DNA from: Rhynchobatus australiae
Lineage: Eukaryota
DNA length: 64,000 bases
Reading direction: 5' to 3'
Assembly: GCA_034780895.1 (NCBI GenBank)
Contig: JAUZTB010000127.1
Span: 65,083,769-65,147,768 of the forward strand
The notes under the pieces were generated by a model. That model made no database searches and was not told the origin of the DNA. It saw only the letters and a list, made by a program, of their open reading frames with translations. The translations under genes and the position numbers were made by a program. Positions 13,515 through 25,260 of this stretch are shown one piece after another. The first letter of the stretch is position 1, and every line of letters begins with the position of its first letter.

Positions 13515-13549
13515 TGCTGACATTTCTCTCCGTCCTGTCTTCCCCACAG
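13515..13549 (+). other. 3' splice site of the Sprouty coding exon
   Basis: Branch-like GCTGAC, pyrimidine tract TTTCTCTCCGTCCTGTCTTCCCC, then ACAG|G (AG 13548-13549), 49 nt before the ATG. Confidence 0.8.
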
Positions 13550-13598
13550 GTCTGACCGATGTGCAGTCAGCCCGCGGGCCTGCATCGGTTGCAGTCAG

Positions 13599-14507
13599 AT
13601 GGAAGCCCCAACACCAGTGGATTCGCCCCTCTCTCTCCAGCTCGCTCACGACAGGGGGCGGCAGCGGATTGATCCCGACCCGGGAGAGATGCAGCAGGGT
13701 CCGGTGCTCTCCATCGATCAGATCCGGGCCATCCGAGCCAACAACGACTACGTGGAACGGCCCATGGTCCTCAGTGCAAAGGTGGCAACCAGCAGCCCGT
13801 CAAGCTCGGCGCAGAAGTGGGAAAGGACAACGGAGCCGAGCCTGGCCGGGGTGGAACTGCGCTCCTCGGCGCAGCTCCATCACCAGGTCCAGCAGCACTT
13901 GAGCAGATCCACCAGTACTGTCAGCTCAGCGTCCCGGAGCAGCACCACCTCCGAGCAGAGACTACTGGTCAGTGTGAGCTCGTCCCCTTCTGCCCAAGGA
14001 ATTATCAGGGCGCAGCCCAAGGCTGACCTCAAACCCGACTTTAACAAGGCTCCGGGCGCCGAGGACTGGAGCCAACACTCACTGCGGTGCGAGGAATGCG
14101 NNNNNNNNNNNNNNNNNNNNNNNNNNNNNNNNNNNACTCTACCTTCGTGCTGGATCTGTGACCAGAGGTGCCTTTGCTCGTTCCAGAGCGCGCTGGAGTA
14201 CGGCACTTGTGTCTGTTGTGTCAAGGGCCTCTTCTACCATTGCTCCAACGACGACGAGGACAACTGCGCGGACAATCCGTGCTCCTGCAGCCAAGGCCAC
14301 TGCTGCGCTCGTTGGACCGCCATGGGCCTCATCTCCATCTTCTTGCCCTGCTTATGGTGCTACTTGCCGGCTAAAGGGTGCCTCCGGCTCTGCCAAGGAT
14401 GTTATGACGGCGTCAAGAGGCCGGGCTGCAGGTGCAAGAACTCCAACACCGTGTGCAGGAAGGTTTCCAACGCACCTTGTCCTAAAACCTTCGATAAACC
14501 CTTATGA
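13599..14507 (+). CDS. SPRY3: Protein sprouty homolog, most likely SPRY3 (RTK/ERK signalling antagonist), 302 aa, intronless CDS
   Basis: Cbl-TKB motif [20 protein letters not shown] (Tyr51), Ser-rich [16 protein letters not shown], Cys-rich SPR domain ([59 protein letters not shown]). NDYVERP and TVCRK match SPRY3 rather than SPRY1/2 (NEYTEGP) or SPRY4 (NDYIDNP). Family certain; paralogue call about 0.75. Confidence 0.97.
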   Translation: MEAPTPVDSPLSLQLAHDRGRQRIDPDPGEMQQGPVLSIDQIRAIRANNDYVERPMVLSAKVATSSPSSSAQKWERTTEPSLAGVELRSSAQLHHQVQQHLSRSTSTVSSASRSSTTSEQRLLVSVSSSPSAQGIIRAQPKADLKPDFNKAPGAEDWSQHSLRCEECXXXXXXXXXXXXTLPSCWICDQRCLCSFQSALEYGTCVCCVKGLFYHCSNDDEDNCADNPCSCSQGHCCARWTAMGLISIFLPCLWCYLPAKGCLRLCQGCYDGVKRPGCRCKNSNTVCRKVSNAPCPKTFDKPL

Positions 14508-17500
14508 CCAAGACACGCTCCCTATACCGTGACCAATGTTAACCCTGTGGAAGTTCAGAAGGCACATTCTCCAAAGCTTCCTTCACTCACTGGAGAGATT
14601 TCCAAGAGAGATTGAATTACTTCTGGCGCTGAGACTACCCCGCCACGTGTGTGTGCACAGGAAGGTGGGAAGAGAGTGGAGAGTAGGCTCTCAGCTGGAT
14701 GCTTGTACAGACCATCTTCCTGAAAATCTAATGGTTCTCTCAATATCTTGGAGTTTGAGCGTTTATAATCTACCCAGGGAAAAGGGACCATTTATCCCCT
14801 TCCATGTTAAGCACCTTCTTGTGGGTTCTTCCTGTGTTCGTTGCAGGCCCAGAACGTTCCTCCTGTGGCTAACAAACTCCGATGCGATTCTCAGTGTCAA
14901 GATTCTCAAATACACCAACCGAAAGAGATTGAATGTTCTTTCTCCGCCGCCCCCACCCCGTCCCAGCCCGTCCTCTGAAGGGTGACCACCTGTACTAGAT
15001 GGGTTTCCATCTCTCGGAGGTCTTAATGCTTGGAAGTGGGCAGAAGCTTTTTCTTCTTTCTCACTACTCCCAGTGTACAGACCTCGGAACCGAGCCCATT
15101 GCTAGATGGTTCTGTCCTTGGTAAACCACTCAGTTTATGGGAAAACCATGCAACTTGTCTTCCGTCAACGCATTAAATATTTATTGCTTGGCTTAGAAAT
15201 GCGATATAGTCCATTGACAATATATTCTCCTTCTCCTCAATCACAGACGCAATTATTTATGTATTCCGCTAGTTACTCACGTAGTTCGGATAGTAGGGGA
15301 CAAAGTTTGAAACCGTTTTGATTCTTTGTCGATTAATGGATTCGGACGGCGATGGTTTGGGCGTGATTCTTTTCGTTTGCGAACACCTAAAGTGGGGCTG
15401 CTGTTCATTTTACATAGATTTGTGTGTTTTTTTTTAAAGGAAACACTTTGTTCCTCCCCTTCTTGGACTTGGGGTTGCTACACAGGGGCTTAGTATGAAT
15501 TTAAACCTGTTTGGCACCCTGCCTGTGTGCAGTGGGTGGATTGAGAGGGTTGGGATGGGACATTTATGGCGAGGAAGTCGTTTTTTTTTCAATGTTAGGC
15601 AGAAGTTTTGTATTGCCACTTTGAAGAATATCATGACACAATGCGCGCAACCTGCTCTGACCCGCGGTTCCTTTAGCTCCCGAAATAGGGCTTCCTCAGT
15701 GGAAGGAACGCCTTCTTGGATGGTAGCATGCAGCTCGGACCACGCTGCGGCATTTGCCACTAAGGTTATTGCGCCCCATGTTAACAAGCATATGTTGACA
15801 AATGCCATTCTTGCTGTATAACATGGCCTCGATTTTTCGGGGTGGCGAAGTGAGCCCTTGGACTTCTGTTCAGCCGTGTTCATGGGCAGCCTGGTAAGCA
15901 CCCCACCCCCCCCCCATTCCCCCACAATATGAAACCACGTTAAAACACGCCAGCCTGTTGCCTGTAATTCTGCCGAGAAGCGTACAAATGATTCTATATG
16001 GATAGGCACCATTAAAATTTGTTTCTGTACTTCAACACAATCGCCCTCCTAAGGTTGCATTCCAACACTATCTGTCTTTCAAATACCTTTCATGAAAATA
16101 TAGTTACACTGGTTATGTTATTAGTTGTAGGATTATCTGTTACACCCCCTCCCCATAGTAAAGGGATTAAAGTTAATCACTTTTTAAAAAGAAAAGCAAG
16201 CATTATAAAGTTGTAGCATCAGTTTAACATTATCCTCGTTGAATTCCATTCAGTATGACTCTTAACTTGTAACATTGTTATAGGAAAACTAAATTAGAGA
16301 TTGTAAATGTTTCTTCTGTAATGTTTTCATATCGAGATAAATCGAATTTGACTCTTGGCCAGTGATCCTACATTTCAGAAGGGAATAGTCATCATGTTTA
16401 GGCTTACATTCTCTGAAATCTATTTTCCTGTCCGATGGTTTACAATTAGTAACTTTTGAACGTCTTTCCAAACTGCCAAGTCTCAAATATAAAGAATGGA
16501 ACGATCAACTCCAAAGCATAGTGGCCTTGAATATATCTCCATCCAATTCCAATAAGATTTATTTTTATAAAGTAAAACTCAGTTTTTTTTTGTAATGTAA
16601 GATCACTCTAAGTACAGGCTAGCTGTCTACTGAAAGGAAGGCGCTGATCCCATGGACCAGGGCTACTTGCCAACCGGAATGGTTTTCCTTGGGACTTTTA
16701 ACGTTCCAGGAGAGTGGAATCGGTCGAAAGGTAAGAGTGCCATTGTTGTGCAACCTTTGCTGACCTTTCTTTCATTGACCCTGGTGGGGCGTGGGTTGGA
16801 GGCTGGGAGGGCTCTTGGGTAAAGAGGGCAGCCATGGATATCCACGATTCTCCTTGCTGCTAAGGCATGGGCAATCGAAGAACAAATGTAGACTGGGAGG
16901 CCCCGTCATAGTAGTTGCGGAGGAGCTCTGGGACTTCCAGTGCAACCAAGCAGAGGATATTTTGTGCAACGAGGATATCGTCATAGGGATTATACTTGAA
17001 TGGCCCGTGACTGTTCTCAATTAGTTATTATGGAGAGGCTATTAAATAATTCAAAGACCAAATCCTTTTGGCTGTCCCAAGGGAAGGCCTGCCCTTTTTA
17101 GAGAGAAGTCTGTGGTAAGAACAGTAAAAGTATATCGAAGAATTGCAACCCGCTCGTCCTGTAGTATCTCTGATCAAAACGGTTTCTTAAATTATGTATT
17201 TGTATCTTAAGCATGTACATTCTTGGATCATTGACATTTGTGCAAATTGAAAATGTAATGCTGATTACATTCTTAATACAAACTGGCCCATATTGAGCAC
17301 AGTAGCCAAGGAATGATGTATTCCATCGTGGTTTTCCTAGAGGCTAATTTTCTTTTCCAAAAATTTACCCTTTTTCATAAACTTTACAAATATGCAATAT
17401 GGGACATTCATCCGTAGTCTTTCACTGCAACTAGCATATCATTACATTTGCTTACAAGATTTGCATTACGTCAACATGGTTTTCCTAGAAGCTGTTTGGC

Positions 17501-18270
17501 AACCTGAAAAGCCAGGAGACAAACTGCTGTTTTTGTAAAAGTTGGTGTGTGTTTGACAAATATGCAATGAAGAGGGCTCCGCCCTCTACCTAACAATCAT
17601 TACATGAAAGGACTGTAATCAGTTTGAATAAGCCATATAGAATCTACGTGGGGATCCGGAAGAGAACACCTTTATTTTGGACTATAATGCAGTGACACTT
17701 TATTGCCTGGATGTCTGGAGCACCTATCGGATCACAATTCAGCGTACAATCTGGACCCTGATGCAGTAAGAGGAGGAAACACGGGCACGTTTCGGAGAGA
17801 TCTGACCAGACGTCACGTTCACGGGCATTTTCTTGCTTTCTTTGGGCTGTGAACATGGCAAGAGCCTGCTCTTTGTTATAGTTACTTTGATATATTTTTG
17901 TATATACAATATTATTAATACTGTGAATGGTGCCATATGAAGGAAGGACTCCGGTTATTGGTACATTGTACATTCAGGTGAATGTCCGACTCCGTCTCCT
18001 GCTAACATCAGGCTCTATTACCCTATATACAAATTCCAATTATTGCATTGCTTAGGTACAATTGGCATCCTGTATATCAATCAAAAGTTACTGATTCTTT
18101 TGTTTTACCATTATGTTGATTAGTCTGAATATTTATTTGAAGTTTTATTTTATAAGATATTTATTTAAACACAACACCCTTTAGAGAAAAAAAACTGTAC
18201 AGAACTTGCTGCAAAAATGTAAGGGTGGCACTACAGAGCTGAATAAAGGTATAAAATAGAAATATATTAA
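14508..18270 (+). other. SPRY3: Long Sprouty 3' UTR
   Basis: Repeat-free unique sequence after the stop, ending in AU-rich blocks (TATTTATTT at 18130-18170), TGTA motifs and AATAAA. Confidence 0.6.
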
Positions 18271-18310
18271 TTTTCAAATTAAATTGCTTTGTTTGTTTTA
18301 TTCTGTGGCT
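18242..18310 (+). terminator. Polyadenylation signal
   Basis: AATAAA 18242-18247, upstream TGTA elements, downstream GU/U-rich TTGCTTTGTTTGTTTTATTCTGTGG; old repeats resume shortly after. Confidence 0.7.
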
Positions 18311-20199
18311 GCAGTAAAGTTAGCCTTTCTTTGCTATTCGTGGTCCGAAGCTCCCAGGCTGTACCTTCCCTCTCTGGCATATTAAAGTGCCGAGTCCCAG
18401 AGGTTTCTTCATGGGGGAAGTACAAAAGGCTTTTTTTCATGCCTTTTACACACTTTCTTGTGTTAGAATTCAACACTGTAGAGAACTCAGCTGAAACAAT
18501 GGCTTATGTTTATCAAAGTGTTAAGTAGGGCAAATAGGCTAAAGAATGAACTGACCACTTATTCTTTAAAAGTAACTTGTATTATTCATCCCTAATTGTG
18601 CTAGACTGTGGTGACCTTCATCTTGAATCACAGCAATGCTGAAATTAATCTTAATTTTTAGATGAGGATTTTTCACCCAGTCATGGTAAAGGAATAACAC
18701 ATGCGAAGAATGAACGATCTACATATGCTTGACATCATTATGACTTTGCTAATCTCACCCTTCTCAATGGAAGATGCTGGAGGTAGTATTGAAATAAACA
18801 TGTTGAGTTACTACATTACATCCTGTAAATAATATAACAGTCTCTGGGTGCCACTGGTGGAGGTCAATTATGGAGTCCAATATCAAGGTCACTGACCATT
18901 GGGGATACAATCTAGCAATATCCGTAATTAAATACCTATTTCAGAAAATGATTTTTGGTCTAGCTCAGGCCTTTGTGTATGTACAAGTGCTGAGAGTCAG
19001 TTCACAAATGGAACATGTTTGTGCTTTACATCTATTAAGGGCCTGACTACAGACATAAGACCAGTGGCAGTACCTTAATTTTAGATATGTTTTTAGAAGT
19101 CTTTAGCAAGAGTATTTATTTTGCTGAATCAATCATTCTCTTCCTGGTGACAAAATTATACAGACTTTCACACACAGATTTTAGAAGCACCTAATTGTGG
19201 ATATCTGCAGTTGATTTTTCAGTCAAAATTGAAACCATGCTAATATGAAAATAGCTTTGCCTACACAGTAAAACTTCCTTTTCATTGCTCTAACAGTGCG
19301 CACTGAGCTCATTAACTAAGCAGAAATCTTTTTATCACATTATCAATTCCAACCAGACAACTCGTGCCCCTGTGGATTTGAGATTCAAAGATACTCAGAA
19401 CTTCTCTAATTTTGTTTTATAAGAAATTATGCCAAGAAGGGATGTTGTCCTGCTTTGTCAAGAGGTATGCTTTTAGTGTTCTTGCACAATGAACAGATCT
19501 TTAATTCCTGGTCTTAGCCAGCAGCTCATTTAATTTAATAAAAGGCAGTCCTTTCCCACCCCGATAGTAACTAAAAACATCACTATATCCCTCTGAGTAG
19601 CTGAATTACTGGTAGCATGAAAAACAGTGTACTAATTGGAAAGGAGAGGTGTTTCATTATCCCAGGAAAATTTTATTTGAATAATACTCCCCAAATTTAT
19701 CTGTGATGTGGGTAACTGCTCGATCAATCAATAGCTGTGCAAATTTTGGATTTAGGATGTAAGTTGAAACAATATTTTCCTCAGACTGTTTGTAGAAGCT
19801 TTGGCTCTTCATTTACCACCGCAGCTGTAGATAATGATCTGTTTAACCACAACCTCATCCCTACTTTAGATGCCCTAGTACTCAATAAAACTGTTACTTA
19901 TACCCTAGTTGGATTCACTCAGATATAGCTTACATTTCTGCTGCCTTAGGTCCAGTTGGACATACATGAATAGATGTGGCAGGCAAATGGTTTTGCAATT
20001 AACCATCTGCCTCGATTGCATAAGGAACTATCAGACCCCAGTGCCTTTGGTCAAAACTTCTCACTGCAGCAAGGATATTCTAAAATGCAAAGACAGCACT
20101 TGGCTTTCTTTTACCCTACTGCAAGCTACCTTCTACATCCCTCTCTCTCTTATATTTCCCAAGCTTGCCTCCAATAAGTAGTGTTCATGGATTTCCTTA

Positions 20200-21850
20200 G
20201 CACTAAGAATGAGATCATCTTAATGCTTCTGCTGTTTTCTTTCCTCTTCCCGGCCTGGTGGTGTAAAGTTCCTTTGAAAGTCTCACCGATCCCTTCCCTT
20301 ACCCTAGCTTTGGCTTAGTTCTGAACTCGCATATTCCTCCAGTTTCCTTTATCTCCTGTCATGCCCTCACTGAGCACATCATTTCCACTTGATCCACCCA
20401 CTACTGCCTGAACATATTCCTACCAAACTGCTAGCTATCAAATATCCCTTCCTGACTCTCATGTTTGCTAATGTTAATGGTTCTCTGTCGCTGGGTGCTG
20501 TCCTCTCCAAATTAATTGTCAACATTTCTCTCCTTAAAAAAAATCTTAATTCCTCCAACAATTTTGCAAACTACTGCTCTGCCTCTGATTTCTCTTTTCT
20601 CTTCAGTCCTTTAATATGCTGCCACACTCATCTTTCCCTCCTGTCATCCTACACTGTATGGAATTAAATGTTATCAGAATCATAAATGACCTTCTTTGGG
20701 ACCAGGCAATGGTAAGATTCCTTCTGACCCTATTTTACGTGGGTAATAATGCCATTGTTCTCCACTGACTCTGACCATTGTCCATCCGGGTGAGGCTGCA
20801 TTCATCTAGTTTGATTCTTATCTTTGCATTCATAGTCAGAATGATTTATCTTTTTCCCACTGTAAAATGACCTCTGAGTCCCAAAAGCTTCTACCCTTGG
20901 CCTTCTATTTCACATCCACATGCTGTTCCTTGGTTATATTATCCACACACATGGTCAGTTTCCACGTGTACCCTGTCAAGTTAAGTCAAGTAAAATCGAG
21001 TTTATTGTCATGTGCACAAGTACATGTATGCACAGGCGCAATGAAAAGGTTACTTGTAAGACCCAGTTGTAATTCATCATGACTCCCCTTGACCCACTGT
21101 CACTGCTTTGTTATACTGCTAATGCAATATCCATTACTAAATGGGCAAGAAGTTCCTCCAACTAAAAATTGGAAAGACTAAAGCTATTTGGTTTGCACCA
21201 CAAACTTTTTCCAACTATATCTCTGCCTGATGACTGTCTGAGGGTGAACCAGATTGGTGTCATGTTTGATGTCCAGCTGAGCTTTGAATCATACACCCGC
21301 ACCATAAGTAAGAATGTCTATTTTTATCTCTGTAGCATTATTTGCTTTCCCCAGCTCACAAGATGCTGAAAGTCTTATCCATGCCTTTGTAGCCTCTGGA
21401 CTTCACAAGTAAAATTCAATCCTGACTGATCTTTCTTGTTCTACTTCCTGTAAAGTGCATATCTGGACTTTTATCATGTTCTAGCTGTTCAAACATCATG
21501 CCTGCCCTCACTTGGCCTACTCTAGCTCCCAGTTAAGCAAATGCTCAATTTTAAATTTGCAATCTTCTCCAACTCTCCAAAATACTAGCACCCCTTTAAT
21601 CTATCAGCTAAACATCCACAATTTCAAGTTCTACTTGATGAGAAGTTGTGACTACATTTGCAGACATTCTAAACTCTATAACTTCCTTCCTAAATTTCCC
21701 CACCTCCCCACTTTTTTCCTTTAGGATTCTCCTTAAAACCTATCTCTTTAACTCTGATTTACTCCAACACTGATGTTTTGTTTGCTGACACCCTGAAAAG
21801 GCACCTTGAGAGATTTTAATATGTTATTGACATGATCAAAACATGTTTTT
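20200..21850 (+). mobile_element. Old L2 LINE, RT to 3' end
   Basis: C/T-rich strand; GATGCTGAAAGTCTTATCCATGCCTTTGTAGCCTCTGGACTT resembles L2 'AE.LIHAFVTSRLD'; L2-type tail (TCCTTAAAACCTATCTCTTT...GCACCTTGAGAGATTTT). Confidence 0.7.
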
Positions 21851-23749
21851 ATTGTTATTTCAGACCCATAATAAATAGGCATTGAAATGCTGCATTCTGT
21901 ATACAGAAAATTCATTAATATAATTAATGCAAAGAAACAGTTAAATATGTTGTTAGCATATATATAATGAACTCACGGGAAAAAGCCTTTGTGTGCCGGA
22001 TACTTGCCTACTGTGCCAGAGATGTAATTCAGCACTGGAGCTCAATTACAGTTCTCTTGTCAAATTGTAACAGTAACTGCAAGGCATCAGATATGAACTT
22101 GGATCTGGCTCAGCCAAGCACTCAGACTGTTGGCAAGGCAAATGATGGACCACAGCAATGTAAGCTTATCTCTGAATGACCTGAACGAACAACTGGTGCC
22201 AGAAAATCGAAGGCAGAGTTTGCAATCTTGCCTTTTTATTTCCTTTTTCTACAACAATATGCAGAGACTATGGTTACTGAATAGGAAGATGAGACTGTGC
22301 ATCTAAACAGGTATTAGGCATTAAGCCACTAGGCAAGGGAAGTGAAGTTTTTGAGAAATTATGTAGTACTAAAGCAGGTGGGTTTGATGTGCAAAGAACA
22401 AGGGAGAAAAAGAAATTCTTTCAGATTTCTCCTGTTACTCTGGAGTTAAGCTTATTTGTTCAATGATCCCTTCAGTAAAATACAGTAAAGGAGCAGCCCG
22501 TTGCTGACAGCTGCTTGCTTCTCAGAGGAAGAAGATCAGAGATCTGATCCTATTTTAAGCAAAGGATGTTTTAAGTTTCAAATTCCATGCAGTGTTCCTC
22601 CTCCCTACATAATCTTCTTTATTCCTCTGACAGCAGTGATTCAAAGTGTAGCAAGGTTCTATGGATGTGAGAAGTGCATAATAACTCAGCCATGTGTCCC
22701 TTTTCATGAGTGAGTCCAGGGAACAAGTAATTGCAGGTCATTTGCTTGTGTGGCAAGTCATGTCCCATCCTCATCTGGATCTTCTGCATGTGTACATTTT
22801 AGAAATGAATAGATTACCAAATAGGAATGGAAATAGATTTTTAATTGATTTTTGGAGAACCAAATTATACTAGACCTATTTCCACCCTGGCTGTGACCAA
22901 CTAACTGACATAAGTGGTGAATCAAAGCCTGTTGTGTCTTATGGCTGACTGCTATAACATTTAACATATTTGTTTGCTGTAACCTAAACCTTTCCAGAAA
23001 TTTTTAAATTATGATCTGAAATTTTGATTATCCTTGACCATCTAGCATTTTTCTCTGGACTGTCCTCCAAAATCCATTCACTCTTTAAACCAAATTATCC
23101 ATCTGAATATGTCATCAGTTATGTCCTTAATTCCTTTAATTTTTCTTCATTGCCTCCCCTTCCTCTTGAAGTACTCTGATATGTTTCTTATATGAGGAAA
23201 GCTGTAAAGCACTGTGCAAGTTAAAACCAGGGAACAGGACCAATTGTGTACCTATTGTAGTGTATCTATTGTTATTGTATTATAATCCAAATGGAAATTT
23301 TGATTAAATTCCAGCCAGTAACTCATTCATGATTATTTGTCATCCTGGAAGTTATCTGTCTTCTGTAGTGTTGCTCACATGACCTGGAAGATGTCCTTTT
23401 TTTGTTTCATGTTACATTCAACACATCATGACCATCAAATTATAGGCTTGAATGACAAACTGCATGTTTTGAATAGTATTGTTAGATTCAAATAGCAGTT
23501 GCGTGCTTAAAATCCATTTTTAATGTCCATATTTGAATGGAATATCTAAATTATTAGTCCTAATTATTGGTGAAAGTAAATTTAATTATGGAATTAACTT
23601 TCTCCCTCTTTAACTGGCACAGACCCAATGGGATGAATTACTTCCTTCTGTGTCATAACTTTTTAATGAGATCCTGAGCTTCTACTCAATACTTCATTTC
23701 CCTTCCCCGGTAGCACCCTCTCCTTGTCCTGCAACCCTGAAGCTCAACA

Positions 23750-24165
23750 GGTGTTTGAGGAAGTGCACCACACCTCTTAATTCGGCATTTTTGCAGCGTG
23801 AGTGCTCAGTATTTATTTCACCAATTTCAGATCATTACCACCACTTCCATTTTACTTTCAGACCACAATTATCACTAATTTGTTGTTACCACTTGCACCT
23901 CCTTTAGAACCATCTTTTGTTTCAATTCTGGCATCAATACCACCTCCTTTGCCTTGTGCCATCAGTCTTTTTGTCATTTAATCTCCCCTGTCTATCACAG
24001 ACCTTCCTTCTTAATTCTTTCCTCTCCTATTGCCTCTGTTCTTGCTTAAAGTCAATGACATTTTTATTTTCTGACAGAAGAGATTTGTAATCTGAAAAGT
24101 TACCTACATTCCTCTCTTCACAGGAACTACCTGATTTGGTGCACTTCCAGCCTTTTCTACCGTGG
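23750..24165 (+). mobile_element. Degenerate Penelope-like 3' region and terminal repeat
   Basis: Ends CTGACAGAAGAGATTTGTAATCTGAAAAGTTA...TTCACAGGAACTACCTGATTTGG..CTTCCAGC, a decayed form of the repeat at 26749/29735/56640. Confidence 0.45.
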
Positions 24166-24199
24166 TTTATTTTGCTTTGGAGGACAGGAAAATTGTGAG

Positions 24200-25260
24200 G
24201 AAGTGGTACTCAAGTTTCAGATAGGTAGGAGATGAGTAGCAAAGTGATGTGTGCACCATGTGATTTGAAAGTGCTGGAAGAATGAGTCTGGCAGCAAGGA
24301 GCAAGTTTGGATCTGGCAAGATGGTTTCTTGGCCAGGAATATTGATTGTGCAACCAATGAGGGAAGTGTGTCCAGGAAAGCTAGTGACAGGATAGGAATT
24401 TTGATAGTGCTGAGATGTTAGTGTGACGCTGCTTGGGATTTGAGAGTAATGGGAGGAGGTCTTGGAAAATTGTGCTTTGGGTGTGTTGGGAAGAGAGATC
24501 GTGAAATGTCTGAGGAGTGCAAGGATCTGGAAGAATATCTTTGGCAGGCTTTGGAAAGTCATAGTGGGATCCAGTGGGAGTATAGCTGCAGTCTCAAGGT
24601 GCAATAAAACAGTGAAGGCAAGCCTAAGGATCAAAGGCAAGTGTGATAAGAGTACTGGGACATATGAACATTTGGAAAGGGACAGGTTATCGAAGCATTG
24701 ACAGGGAGAGTCCAATTCTCTGAAATGGTGTTAATGGAATCCTTACAGTGGAAGGAAATCTGTTCTTCTGGAGAGAGGAGAATTTCAGTATATGCAGCCA
24801 TTGAATGGTCTTTGATTGGGGTGGTATTGTAGGAAAGTGATCCATAACAGAAGAGTTAAAGAAATCTGGGACCTTCTGAAGGTGACCCTTGAGTGTGCAG
24901 GTTCCAATATCCCAGGGTGAGGGGTAAGAAAAGAACTAAGGAGAATAGAAGTATAGGAGCTTAGAGTCTGGTGACTTAAAGGATTGGCTGGAATCTGGCA
25001 GTACTGAATGGGGTAGTGGGGGTGGACAGGTGCACAGTGGAGTAAATGTCAGATAGGGCCATGCTGGAAGGCTGCTAGGGATGTGACGTGGGTTCTGTTT
25101 GATATTCCTGTCCCCTCCAAGAGCAGCCATTTCTAACATGTTTCTGCAACTTGCAGGCCAGGGAAGAAGACATGAGAGAGAGAGGTGACAGTTATGGTTG
25201 ACGATAGTCAGGAAAAAACAGATATAGAGATGGCCAGCATAATATTCAACAAAGTGCACC
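24200..25260 (-). mobile_element. Very old LINE (L2-like) internal fragment
   Basis: Strong G/A skew on plus, as for an antisense L2; no intact motif. Confidence 0.4.

Noticed and set aside
13817-14985. Alternative-frame and downstream ORFs around the Sprouty CDS
   Set aside because: Expected by-products of GC-rich coding sequence; no protein similarity. The 149-aa ORF at 14536 lies in the 3' UTR.
15434-16012. 192-aa minus-strand ORF
   Set aside because: Antisense to the 3' UTR, crosses homopolymer runs, no recognisable motif.
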